Assembly: GCA_951406725.2 (NCBI GenBank) | Contig: OX597816.1 | Coordinates: 57,908,001-57,972,000, forward strand | From: Octopus vulgaris | Lineage: Eukaryota | Length of the DNA: 64,000 bases | Direction: 5' to 3' | Shown: piece by piece, positions 26,903-41,300 of the stretch | Layout: the number at the start of each line of letters is the position of its first letter | Position numbering within the stretch: position 1 is the first letter of the stretch | Program-made: the position numbers and the translations under genes | Notes under the pieces: generated by a model | Databases searched by the model: none | What the model was told of the DNA's origin: nothing | The model's input: only the letters and a program-made list of their open reading frames with translations

Positions 26903-29900
26903 CATCATCATCATCATGTAGCATCTGTTGTCTATACTGGCAAGGGTTGGATGGTTTGACCAGGGCTGGTAAGCTAGAAGGCTGCACTAGACTCCAGTCT
27001 AATTTGGCATGGTTTCTATGGCTGGATGCCCTTCCTAATGCCAACCACTTCATGAGTGTAATGAGTTCCTCTGGTACTAGTGCCAACTGCTATGACTGTG
27101 ATTTTGCTTGGCTTGATGCCATAATGCCAAAGGTCTCAATAATTGCCTCCATGAGGTCCAACACTCGAAAGTAGCTTTTCATGTGCCACTGGCATCAGCA
27201 ACATTGGCTCCGTGAGGCCCAATGCTTGAAAGGTACTTTTTATGTGCCAGTTACGTGACACCAACATCAGCCTCGACTACAATTTCACTTGATTTGATGA
27301 GCCTTCTCATGTACAGCATATCACTAAAGGTCTCGGTCACTAGTCATTGCCTCTGTGAGGCCCAAGGATTGAAGATCATGCTTCACCACCTCACCCCATG
27401 TCTTCCTGGGTCTACCTCTACCACAGGTTTCCTCCACAGTTAGAGATCGGCACTTCTTTACTCAGCTGTCCTCGTCCATATGCATCAGACACAGTTCTTC
27501 TTTACTCAGCTGTCCTCGTCCATATGCATCAGACACAGTTGTCCTCATCCATACGCATCACAATTATATAAAACATGAAATATAAACAACATAAATCGAA
27601 ATTTGATGACGGGCACGAGCACCATACGAGCATGATTGTTGACAGAGCAGCTAACCGGCTTCTGTGCCGGTGGCATGTAGGAGGCACCATTCGAGTGGGA
27701 TCGTTACCAGCATTGCCTTACTGACACCTGTGCCGTTGGCATGTGTAAAAAGATTCGAGGGAGGTCATTGCCAGTACAGCCTGACTGGCCCCCGTGCCGG
27801 TGGCATGTAAAAGCACCCACTACACTCTCGGAGTGGTTGGCGTTAATGAAGGGCATCCAGCTGTAGAAACTCTGCCAGATCAAGACTGGAGCCTGGTGCA
27901 GCCATCTGGTTCGCCAGCCCACAGTCAAACCGTCCAACCCATGCTAGCATGGAAAGCGGACGTTAAATGACAATGATGATGATGATAAAAACAGATAACT
28001 AACCTTTAGTAGGGTCAATATTTCATATTTATTATTATTGAGAGTTAGTTGTGGTGGTGCTGCACTGGTCTTGCACATGGTGCACTGTGATGAATCAGTC
28101 TGTACGCAACTGAAAATACAATTCAAAGGAACAGGTCAGCAATGCAGGAGATCAACTTACTAAAAACAACAACCAAACAATCCTCAAGTCACAGCTAAAC
28201 AAATTCAAAATAAGAAAGACATTGGATATTTGTAGCCCTGGATACACAATGCTTGAATAAAAGATGGAATGGTCATGAGCAGAACACTATTAATTATAGA
28301 GATGTTGAATTGAGACTAATCCTGGATTAAACAATTACGTGTGTATATTTGAGGACACACACACACACACCATCATCATTGTTTAATGTCCATTTACCAA
28401 GGTGGCGAGCTGGCAGAGATGTTAGCACGCCAGGCCAAATGCTTAGCGGTATTTTGCCTGTCTTTATGTTCTGAGTCCAAATTCCGCTGAGGTCGACTTT
28501 GCCTTTCATCCTTTAGGGGTCGATTAAATAAGTACCAGTTATGCACTGGGGCCAATATAATTGACTTTTGTCCTCTCTGTTTTTAGCCCCTTGTGGGTAG
28601 TAAAGAAATAGGTATTTTGCCTGTCTTTATGTTCTGAGTTCAAATTCCGCTGAGGTCGACTTTGCCTTTCATCCTTTCGGGGTCGATTAAATAAGTACCA
28701 GTTATGCACTGGGGTCAATATAATCGAATTTTGTCCTCTCTGTTTTTAGCCCCTTGTGGGTAGTAAAGAAATAGGTATTTTGCCTGTCTTTATGTTCTGA
28801 GTTCAAATTCTGCTGAGGTTAACTTTGCCTTTCATCCTTTTGGGATTGATAAATTAAGTACCAGTTGCGTACTGGGGACGAAGTAATCAAATGCCCCCCT
28901 CCCCCAAAATTTCAGGCCTTGTACCTTAAAGTAGAAAAGAATGTCCATTTACCATGTTGGCATGGTTTGACAGGAGGCAATATCTGCTTTGGAATGGTTT
29001 GTGTATATGGTTAAAAAGTTTGTCTTGCAACCAAATGGTTTCAAGTTCAATACCATTGCACAGTTACTTGCTTAAGGGCCTTGTACTATAACCCCAGGTC
29101 AACTAAAGCCTAGACAGAAACTAGAAAGAAGCCCATTGCATGTGGCCATACTGGGGCACTGCCATGAAGAATTTTTAGTCGAATGTATAAACCCCAGAGC
29201 TTTTTTTTAAAGCCTGGTACTAATTCTATTGACTGTTTTGTTGAACTGCTAAGTTATGGGGATGTAAACACACCAACACCGTTTCTCCTCTCAGCAAATC
29301 ACCCATTTGTTTCAAACCTTCAAAGACTTAGGAAATAAGAAATTCCTTATTTGAAAAACAGGGAGGGATTAGTGACAGAAAGGAAGGGAATCAGGTTGTA
29401 AAACCTAAATATCTTTGTCAGGTATAAAAACTCAACGCAAAGCAAACATACACATACATATGTATCTGTATATGTGTATATATATTTTAATATATGTCTA
29501 TATATGTACATCTGTGTGTGTGTAAAAGGATAAAAAATTCACGGAAAACATTAAAAATGTAACCATCTGTAAACAGTGTATTGGTGCCATGAAAAATGTT
29601 TGTATATTATGACCGTCTGTCTTTACGTTCTGAGTTCAAATTCTGCCAAGGTCGACTTTACTTTTTATCCTTTCAGGGTCAATAAATTAAGTACCAGTTG
29701 TGTACTGGAGTCAATCTAATCAACTGGCCCCCTCCCGACAAAAATTTCAGGCTTAGAAAAGTATATTGTGACAGCTACAGAATATAGAAAGAAGTGTAAA
29801 ACTGATAACTATATAATCCAACCAAAATACCTCAGTTACACAAACGTAAACAGAATTACTATTTAACCATAGAATACATCGTACATATTCAAAGAACCTT

Positions 29901-30120
29901 CTTGGTTTAGTGGTATGGAACGTTTTTCTGGTATTCTTTTATTCTTTTACTTTCTTCAGTCATTTGACAGTGGCCATGCTAGAGCACCACCTTTTAGTCG
30001 AAGAAATTGACCCCTGGACTTAGTCCCTCTCTTTTGCTGAACAGCTAAATTACAGGGACGCAAACACACCAACGTTGGTTGTTAAGCAATGGTGGTGGTG
30101 GGACAAACACAGACACACAA

Positions 30121-30163
<43 letters not shown>

Positions 30164-33100
30164 CTTGGAGGTAGTGGTGATGCCGGCTGATGCGATTTTG
30201 TGGTTTGCTGGTACGCTGACAGGGATCCAACAGGCCCCTAACTGGTTCCCTGATCTTAAAGGTGTAATGTAGATGTGTAATGATGGTGTGGTGGTCTTCC
30301 TCACAGTACTTCACGGTAGACAATATTTTGTGTGTATGTCACAGCACGGTTTTTGGCCCTGTCTGTTATCCCAATTGAGTGTCATAACTCTTACTTTGAT
30401 ATTGTTCATAGCTCGTGCTCTTGAAAATGTGACATATAATTGGCCATGAGAAAATACCAGTTGAGGCAAATGTATTCCAACTTTTACAAATGTTTGTCCT
30501 TCAGCCTTATTAATTGTCATTGAATATGCAAGTCGAAGTGGAAACTGAAGTCTGTTTAGTGTGAATGGAATATTTGATTCACTTGGGCTAAGTTTAATTG
30601 TGGAAATTAGAACTGTATGATCTCTGTTGGAGCCTGTTACCAATGATGCCTCTACACAATGTTCATGAAGTCTTTGCACTTTCATGTGAGTTCCATTACA
30701 TAATCCTTGACTCATCGAAAGATTTCTTAGCAGCATTACAATAGCCCCTACTTTTAAGTTGAGGCGATGAGGAAGCATATCGGATGGAGTGAGTGAGTTT
30801 ATGAATTCAAATGGATTGTTCTGAACCTCCTCTTCATTATTGCAGGCACGTAAAAAGAACGGATGGTGCTTTTTACGTGCCACAGGCACGGGGGCCAGGC
30901 GAGGCTGGCAACGGCCAAGAACGGATGGTGCTGGTGGCATGTAAAAAGCACCATCCGTTCGTGGCCGTTGCAAGCCTCGCCTGGCCCCCGTGCCGGTGGC
31001 ACGTAAAAAGCACCATCCGTTTGTGGCCGCTGCCAGCCTTGCCTTGCCCCGTGCCGGTGGCACATAAAAAGCACCATCCGACCATGGCCATTTGCCAGAC
31101 TCGTCTGGTACCTGTGCTGGTGGCACGTAAAAAGCACCCACTACACTCATGGAGTTGTTGGCGTTAGGAAGGGCATCCAGCCGTAGAAACATTGCCAGAT
31201 CAAACTGGGCCTGGTGCAGATTCTGGCTTCCCAGACCCCAGTTGAACCGTCCAACCCATGCTAGCATGGAAAGCGGACGCTAAACGATGATGATGATGAC
31301 TGAATCTGTGCTTAAGTACATTTTAAGTGCCTCTGGTATAATATTAAGAACTTTTTCATTTATTGCAAGACAGTCAGAATTTTTAGAAAAAAAAATTACT
31401 CGTTTTTCCATTTCTTCTGGCTTGCAGTTGTTGAAAATTTCTGGGTACAAATGTACAAATTGAAAAGTAAAAGAACGAAATAATAAATGGATTTATGAAC
31501 GAAAGTTTGGTAATTGCATTTATTTCCACCACATGACTCTTATTATTGCAAGCATGTTTTAACCAACCTAAACTATACACACACACACAAATACATTCAT
31601 ATATGTCCCTAGTTGTAGCTGTAATTCAAAGACATGTCATATTCTGTGTGAGGTTGAATCTCCCTCAGAACTAATTTTTTAATGTTATGCATGTCTGTGG
31701 AGCACTCAGCCATTTGTGAGTTAATTTCATCCTCAGGTGGTAATGAATAGTGAGATTGACAGCCAGTATTTGCTGTGTCTATGTATGAACTGTCTCTCTC
31801 ATTCTTTCTCTTTCACCAGCTCCGTCTGGCACCTGTGCCGGTGGCACGTAAAAAGCACCCACTACACTCACGGAGTGGTTGGTGTTATGAAGGGCATCCA
31901 GCCGTAGAAACATTGCCAGATCAGACTGGGCCTGGTGCAGCCTTCTGGTTTCCCAGACCCCAGTTGAACCGTCCAGCCCATACCAGCATGGAAAGCAGAC
32001 GCTAAATGATGATGATGATAATGATGAATGTGTATATGTATATATGTATCTACTTCTTTTGCGATGTGATAAACATTTAAAAACACAAAACGAACACCAT
32101 CACCACTCACAGTCTCTTTCTCTCTCACGTTATCTCTGAAACAATTAAAAACACAAAACGAATGACGTCACCACTCACTGTCTCTTTCACTATCTCTCTT
32201 ACTTCCTCCCTCTCCCGCTTTGCCACTTCAAAGAAGCATGACGCACACAACAGGAATGTAGAAAAACAAAAAGTTAGCATATTATTATTGATATTGATTA
32301 GAGAAATGACTAGAGACCGAGACCTTTGGAAGTATGCTGTGCGTGAGAAGACCCGGCAGGACAAGTGAGACCATAACCCGTGGCCTCTAACATGGGATGT
32401 AGCCAGTCCACTTATGCATACCTTTCCTTCTTGGGACACAAAACTCCACTTGTGAAGACCTGTTGAGGCAAGTGAGATTCGAAATCGATCAACATCAATG
32501 GAAATTGCAGCTGTGATACCAGTGCCGGTGGCATGTAAGAGAACCATCCAAACGTGGCCGTTGCCAGCGCCGCCCCGACTGGCCTCATGCCAGTGGCACG
32601 TAAAAAGCACCATCCGTTCGTGGCCATTTGCCAGCCTTGCCTGGCCCCCATGCCGGTGGCACGTAAAAAGCACCCACTACACTCAATGACCAAGAACCTC
32701 CATTGTTTACAGATTTGACAGTCAACTGCATATTGCTGTACTGACCTGTGCCAGAATGGAAGGCAGATGTTAAACAATGATGAAGATGAAGATGACAGCT
32801 TTCTGCAACCTCAGAGCAGTATCTCTCTTCCAGCCTGTAATTATTGCTGCTGTTAACTGTAAATGGTGAACGCAGATTGTCCTTATGTGCAACAATAAAT
32901 TTTTCTGTTAAATGTCTGCAGGTGTTGTTCACTTATTTCTTCAAACAATCCAAAAAACACATTTTCATCCAGTAACTATGCCATTTTAAACAACCAAATC
33001 TTTTTTGGCACAAACCTGCCCAGAGACTGTTCTTGGTTTTATGGCACAAACTTCTTGTTTTAAAGAATGATCTAAATTAACCCCTTTAAAATGGTTGATG

Positions 33101-34973
33101 CAAATTTACACATGCAATGTACATGGTTTAAATCGCATTTACTGTTGCTGTGTGCAGGCAACTGAATGAATCACCGCTGTAAACTGGTTAAAATTTTCCA
33201 TTAAAGCTCCAAGTTAATTGATGTTCCAAGTAACAGCCTAATAACGACAAAGTTATTTTTCTAAAGGTCTTCATTATTTTCAAAGTTCATTAAAAGTTAA
33301 TTAAGTAGAAGATTTCAACAGAAATATAGTAACAAAAGAACTTACTCTGTATCTGCCTCAAGTAAACAGTTAAATATATCTGAGCAGATCTTTCGACCAT
33401 TTTTGTTTTCAGCTTGGTATTTGTGAAGAAACCATGTTTGGTAAAAGTTCCTGGACAAATACAAAGGTAAGGAAATTACAACTGGAATGAACCAAACAAG
33501 ATCAACACTGCACAAGGATCCATTAAACAAATACAAAAGTGTCAAGCATAGTGAGTCGAAAATCTTTATTCACCTGAGATAATTGAATTAATTAATTAAA
33601 AATTAAACTTGTAGGGGTTAAACTAGTACTAACATTCAATTCCACTTTGTTGTGGCAACTTGCTTAATTGTTTAATATACATAATTACTACCCAGCCTCT
33701 TCTTAGGATTCTATGACTAGCTATTTTGTTTATCAATCGTTTGCAGAAGCAGATCTTAGCCATCACTCCAGTGCACAGATGCTCATGGCTGAAGATAAGC
33801 CAAATAGATCGAAACTTAGTCAGCTCCATGATCCAGGTGCAGAGTATTGCACCGATAACCAAATGGTGGAGAATCTACCCGGAGTTAAACTAGTGGTAAC
33901 ATTCATCTGCCACTCTGACGTGGTGACTTGCTTTACTGTTTAATAATATATCACTACTCAATCTCTGGAGTAAAGAATATTTGCCAACATAACATGGCAC
34001 TCCTGGTTTAGGATGAATGTTACTGTAATTTAGCCCCAGGAGACGTCGTTTCCAGCTAGCTATATGACACGATCTGTGTCCTTATATTTTCGAACAAGAG
34101 AATGTAGCACCCCAACTCAGCTCAAAACAATATCTGTGTATCGCGATTTCCAGGTTATTTCTCTTCATCAGCACAGAATAATTGTTCAGCTAGAGGTGGC
34201 ACTGCCAAATTCCTGTTCAAAATATGTAGTTTTTAAAGTGACAACAAGTCACTAATCTATAAATTAGAAAATTACTATTTTTAAATAATATTCATTATCA
34301 TCATCGTTTAACGTCCATTTTCCATGCTGGCATGGGTTGGATGGTTTGACTGAGGACTGGTGAGCCAGAAGGCTGCACCAGGTTCCAATCCAATCTGGCA
34401 ATATTTCTACAGCTGGATGCCCTCCCTAACGCCAACCTATCTGAGTGTATATTGGGTGCTTTTACATGCCACTGGCACGAGGGCCAGTCAGGTGGTTCTG
34501 GCAATGACCACGCTCAAAAGGTGTTTTTTTACATGCTACCTGCACGGGAGCCACTCCAGCAGCACAGGCAACAATCACGCTTGAATTTTGTTATTCATAT
34601 GCCACTGGCACATGTGCAGGTAAAGCGATGCTGGCAATGATCAGGCGACACTAAGTGCGTGGCTTAGTGGTTAAGGGTGTTTGGCTCATGGTCGAAAGGT
34701 CGTGAGTTTGATTCCCAGCAGTGAGCTGTGGCCTTGAGCAAGACACTTTATTTGACATTGCTCCAGCCCACTCAGCAGGTAAAAATAAATTGAACCTGTA
34801 TATCAAAGGGCCAGACTTGTCACATTCTGTGTCACACAATCTTCCTGAGAACTTCATTAAGGGCAAACCTATCTGTGGAGTACTCAGCCACTTGCACGTT
34901 AAATATTATGAGGAAGCTATTCCGTTGATCAGATCAACCGAAGCACTCATCATCGTGCTCAACAGAGTGCCAG

Positions 34974-35014
<41 letters not shown>

Positions 35015-35912
35015 AATGAAGACAGTTGCATCGAGGTGCCACTCTCTAATTGTTGAGGGGTAGACTCAGGAAAATGTGGGACAAAATGGTGAGAAAGGAT
35101 CTACAGAGGTTGGGACTCACTGAAGGGATGACAGGGGACCAAAGCTCTTGGCAGTTTGTTGTGCTTGAAAAGACACATCGCACGTCAAGCTCTTTTGAGC
35201 GGTTGTCCTTTCTTTCCCTCTCCATATCTTGCGGGTTTGTAGGTGCTGGTGCCATGTAAAAAGCACCCATACCAGTGGCATATAAAGGCACCTATGCTGG
35301 TGCTTCATAAATGCACCCAATACACTCTGTAAAGTGGTAGGCATTAGGAAGGGCATTCAGCTGTAGGAACCATGGAAAAATAGACATGGAGCCTGGCCAG
35401 CTCCTGTGAAACCGTCCAACCCATGCCAGCATGGGAAATGAACGTTAGATGATGATGATATACATATATCATCATCATCATCGTCATTTAGTGTCCGTTG
35501 TCCATACTGGCATGGGTTGGACAGTTTGACCAGGGCTGGTAAGCTGGAAGGCTGCACGAAACTCCTGTCTGATTTGTCATGGTTTTCTATGGCTGGATGC
35601 CCTTCCTAATGCCAACCACTCCGAGAGTGTAATGGGTGCTTTTATGTGCCATGTGTGACACCAGTATCTTTTACGAATGCAATTTTACTTGGCTTGATGG
35701 GTTTTCTCAAGCACAGCATAATGACAAAAGTCTTGTTCATTGCCTCTGTGAGGCCCAACACTTGAAAGGAGCTTTTCACGTGCCACTGGTAATAGTCACT
35801 TTGCCTCCATGAGGCCCAATGCTTCAAAAGTTCTTTTTATGTACCAGTTATGTGACATCAGCATCAGCCATGACTACAATTTCATTTGGTATGACAAGTC
35901 TTCTTGGGTCAA

Positions 35913-35948
<36 letters not shown>

Positions 35949-38269
35949 CACACACACACACGTATAAAGGTGGCGAGCTGGCAGAAACGTTAGCATGCTG
36001 GGTGAAATGCTTAGCAGTTTTTGTCTGTCTTTATGTTCTGAGTTCAACCTTGCCTTTCATCTTTTCAGGGTCGATAAATTAAGTACCAGTTGCATACTGG
36101 AGCCGATCTAATTGACTGGCCCCTTCCCTCCAAATTTTGGGCCTTGTACCTAGAGTAGACAAGTATATATACATTGTGTATACAGACATTAAAGTGTTCA
36201 GCCTTTGGGCACCTAGTGCTGGTCACCAGGCTTCCATGGTGTATAAATGATCAAGATCGCACCATACACACTGAATGGGATGCTGGTCCATTACAAAATG
36301 AATCATTTACAGTTGACAGGACTGGAGCAATGAGAAATGAAGTGTTTTGCTTCAGAAAACAACAGACTGATGCATCTGAGAATGGAAACCACAACCATGT
36401 GATAATGAGTGCCACACCTTAACCACTAGGCCACACCCATATATTTAGATCTATATGCATACACATATGAACACACCCAGACCCTCACACACAAACTGCA
36501 GAACTTTGTCTCTTACCTCTGTCGATTTGTCAAATAATCCCTGCCAGGATCTACGGCCAATTCCTGTCGGACCCATTGCCGTAATTTTATCTTTGGATAC
36601 AAACAGAGAAAAAGCAAGATGCAAATTTTAAAGGATTTAGTAATCAGAAGGATTAACAAGAATTCAAGAGGAAGAATTATTGAATATAGTCCTAAATTAA
36701 GAATGGGATTCTCTGCTAAAAATGGTTGACCAAAAAATTCCTTATTTTTTAACTCTTATGATACAAACTTGACTGAATTAACCTTTGTTAATTATATCAG
36801 ATTAACAGTTATACCAATTAACAAAAATACCAATTCCTTAATTATAACCTTGCATAAAAATTTTATAATCAATTCATACTCTAAATACAAGCTTAATAAC
36901 AAAGAAAAATTACTGTTAATATAAATTTAATGCAGAAGGTATTAGTTCTGGTTGAAGAAGAAGAAGAAAAGATGAAGAAAGAAGAAAAGAAGAAGAGGAA
37001 GGAGAAGAAGAAGGAGGAGGAGGAGAAGAAAGTGAAGAAGAAGGTGAAGAAGAAGGTGAAGAAGATGAAGGGGAAGAAGAAGAAAGAAAGAAGAAAATAG
37101 AAGAAGAAAAGAAGAAAGAAGGAGGAGGAGAAGAAGGTGAAGAAGGTGGAGAAGGTGAAGAAGATGAAGGTGAAGAAGAAGAAGGTGAAGAAGAAGAAGG
37201 TGAAGAAGAAGGTGAAGAAGAAGAAGGTGGAGAAGAAGAAGGTGGAGAAGAAGAAGGTGGAGAAGAAGAAGGTGGAGAAGATGAAGGTGGAGAAGAAGAA
37301 GGTGGAGAAGATGAAGGTGGAGAAGATGAAGGTGGAGAAGATGAAGGTGGAGAAGAAGAAAGAAAGAAGAAAGAAGAAGAAGGTGGAGAAGAAGAAGAAG
37401 GTGAAGAAGAAGAAGGTGGAAAAGAAGAAGGTGAAGAAGAAGAAGAAGGTGGAGAAGAAGAAGGTGGAGAAGAAGAAGAAGGTGAAGAAGAAGAAAAAGG
37501 TGGAGAAGAAGAAGGTGGAGAATCATCATCATTATCATCATCATCGTTGTTTAACGTCCGCTTTCCATGCTAGCATGGGTTGGACGATTTGACTGAGGAC
37601 TGGCAAACCAGATGGCTGCACCAGGCTCCAATCCAATCCAATCTGGCAATGTTTTTACAGCTGGATGCCCTTCCTAATGCCAACCACTTCGAGAGTGTAG
37701 TGGATGCTTTTTATGTGCCATTGGCATCGACCATGCTCAAATGGTGGTTTTTATGTGCCACCGGCACAGGACCAGTCAGCCGGCACTGGCATCGACCATG
37801 CTCGAATGGCACTTTTTACGTGCCATCAGTAGAGGAGCCAGTCAGGTGGCACGTAGTATTTAATTACTTAATTACATTGTACTTCCACCACATTATACTC
37901 CTTTTTGTTTGTGAAACATTTTGAACATAAACCCTTCTTGTATAACAGAACATCTTTTCTGTTCCCCTTCTCTGCAACGCTACGTCACACCCAAACCCTC
38001 AGAGACCTACGTCATCTTCCCATTGCTTTGCCCAACCCTATGTGTACTGTGTTGTCACACAACAATACGAAATGAAAGGAATTACCTGATGGCAGTTCTT
38101 TATGGTAGTAAAAGCTTCACAATGATACAGAACCACTTCCTCATTGGGAATCTTGCTTGGGCAGACATTGAAACGCAAGTATGGGTATTTCCGTTCACAT
38201 AGATAAGTAAACTAGACAATAATCAAAGACAAGAATTATTAACAAGCTTATACATATGTATGTATATAA

Positions 38270-38315
<46 letters not shown>

Positions 38316-41300
38316 CCAAGAAAAAAGCAACAAGAATGGATCGGTAGATTAGTACAATTGTACTAATCTACCAATCCATTCTTGTTGCTTTTTCCTTGGT
38401 TATAATCACCCCAAATAATTTTATGGTTAATACCATAAAGAATCCTGGTGCATCTAAGTTAAGTACCATATTCATTTGAATTCATTTGAATCTTAATTGT
38501 TTTTGCTGAAATTATATATCATCATCATCATCATCATCGTTTAGCGTCCGCTTTCCATGCTAGCATGGGTTGGACATATATATATGAATGAGAAAAAGAA
38601 GAAAATAGAGAAATTGATATAAAGACATCAGTTTATTCAAAGCTATTCAAATCGACATGAAATTCTTATCCCTACAGCAATTTCCATAGCCAGTTAATTA
38701 GAGAAATTAAATTAAAGGATTATAGGTCCTTGGCATAATTAAATTTATATACATATATGTATTTCTTTTGTCTTTGATCAATGATGTTTGCTTGTCATTT
38801 AAGTTAAAATTTAATCTTTAATTGTTTATTTCCTATTAACGATGTTGCTCTCATGACCCCGTATGCTTAAGATATATATTTCTTTACTACCCACAAGGGG
38901 CTAAACACAGAGGGGTCAAACAAGGACAGACAAATGGATTAAGTCGATTATATTGAACCCAGTGCGTAACTGGTACTTAATTTATCGACCCCGAAAGGAT
39001 GAAAGGCAAAGTCGATCTTGGCGGAATTTGAACTCAGAATGTAACGGCAGACGAAATACGGCTACGCATTTCGCCCGACGTGCTAACATTTCTGCCAGCT
39101 CACCGCCTTAAGATATAAGCTTGGCTTATACTTCCGGCAAGCATATTGCCCCTTGCCCCCTCCTCTTATGACCACTTAGGATATAAAAAAGCCCTCAAAC
39201 TTCATTCTCTCTCTATCGTATCTATTCGCTAGTTGTTAAGATACACATGTTGGAATGCTTAGATAAGTTGAAACCGTGCTTTTGGCCTCAGATTTCATTT
39301 ACCCATCTTCACTGTCCCCATCATCCTTATTAATTTAACTTAGTTTGATCTATTCTAACTTATTTTATTCTAATCTCAAGTAGGGGTTCACAAAGGACAG
39401 GTACTCAACCCCATCCTGTTAATCATAATCCTCCAGGCAATAACAGAGGAATTTAAGATGGGCTGTCCTGGGAGCTCCTCTATGCTGATGGCCTTATTCT
39501 TATAGCTAAATCACTATCAGAACTAGAGAAGTTTCAGGTGTGGAAGCAAGGTCTATAATCAAAGGGCCTTAGAATTAACCTAGCAAAACTCAAAGACTTA
39601 GTAAGTAGGAAAGCAGACAAATCACAAATCTCTTCAGGTAGATGGCACTGCACGATCTGCAGGAAAGGAATAGGTAAAAATTTCCTAAGACTTACCCAGT
39701 GCAAGCTATGGACATATAAGAGGTGCAGCAATATCAGAAGATTAATGGTAAAATAGTTTTTGTGGGGAAGGTGTAAACAGGTACAATAAACACTGATAAT
39801 GTACAGAAAATAGACTCCATCGACTGCCAGTGGGGGTAAGCTAGAGGTAGTAGATAGCTTTCGTTACCTAGGTGACCAAGTCAGTAGTGGAGGTGGATGC
39901 TCTCAGAGCATAACTCTGAGAGAATAAGAATAAGCAGGGCAAAGTTCAGAGAGCTCCTACCTCTGCAAAGGACTCTCTCTCAGAGTGAAAGACAGATTGA
40001 ACAATACCTGTGTGTGAACAGCTATGTTACATACCAGTGGAACATGGGCTGTGACAGCCAAGGACATGCGTTGGTTTGAAAGAAATGAAGCTAGCATGCT
40101 TTGCTGGATGTGCAATGTCAGTGTGCATATACAACAGAGTGTAAGCATCTTGACAGAAAAGTTGGGCATAAGAGGCATCTGATGTGGTGTGCAAGAGACA
40201 ACTGTGTCGGTACGGTCATGCGGTGCATATGGACAAGGATAGCTGTGTGAAGAAGTGCTGACCTCTAACTGTGGAGGAAACACGGATGAGGTAGACCCAG
40301 GAAGACATGGGATAAGGTGGTAAAACATGATCTTCAAACCTCAGGCTTCACAGAAGCAATGACTAATGACAGAGGCCCTCGGCAATATGTCGTGCTTATG
40401 AAGACGACCCATCAAGCCAAGTGAAATTGCAGTCTTGGCAGATACTGGTGCCATGCAACTAGCACCCATGTTGGTGGCACGTAAAAGCACCCATTACACA
40501 CTGTAAAGTGGTTGGCATTAGGAAGGGCATCCAGCCATAGAAACCATGCCAAATCAGATTGGAGTCTGGTGCAGCCCCTCAGCTTGCAAGACCTAGTCAA
40601 ACCGTTCAACCTATACCAGCATGGACATGGAATGTTAAATGGCGTTGATGATGGTGATGATATATATATGTTATGTATCCTGTTATCATACTTTAATGAC
40701 TGATCACCTGGTGTAAAGCCATTTCCCTCAATAGAGCTGCCCCTTAGTAGAAGGGATCTTGTCTTGCGAGTCACATGGTGACCTCACTAGTGCTCATGCC
40801 ACATAAAAATCACTCAGCATACTCTGTGAAGTGGTTGGCATCAAAGGAATGCCAGAGCTAACGCTGGAGCTTGGCACAGTCCTTTGGTTTGTCAGCTCTT
40901 GTCGAACCCTCCAACTCATGCCAGCATGGAAAATGGATGTTAAACATTGATGATGATGATGATGATGATAATGTTGAGCTTTATATCTGTCTGTGTCACA
41001 GATGGTTGCAAAATTAAGATACTGGAAAATAACTATACACATGATCTTTGAACCTCACAAAGGTAATGACTAGTGACCGAGACCTTTTGTGATATGCTGC
41101 GCTTGAGAAAACCCATCAAACCAAGTGAGATCGTAGTCATGGCTGATGCTGGTGTCACATAACTAGAACCCGTGCGGTGACACATAAAAAGCATCTTTTG
41201 AGTGTTGGGCCTCATGGCGGCAATGACCGAGACCTTTGGCATTATGTTGTGCTTGAGAAGAAGACCCATTATGCCAGGTAAAATAGCAGTCGTGGCAGAT

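Noticed and set aside
30311-31267. 318-aa ORF as a cellular PIF1 gene
   Set aside because: The N-terminal part is retroelement repeat, and the helicase part is Helitron-like, intronless and lacks the Walker motifs.
36942-37592. Lys/Glu-rich and Leu/His-rich ORFs
   Set aside because: Translations of the GAA simple repeat. The flanking FANCA exons splice in phase without them.
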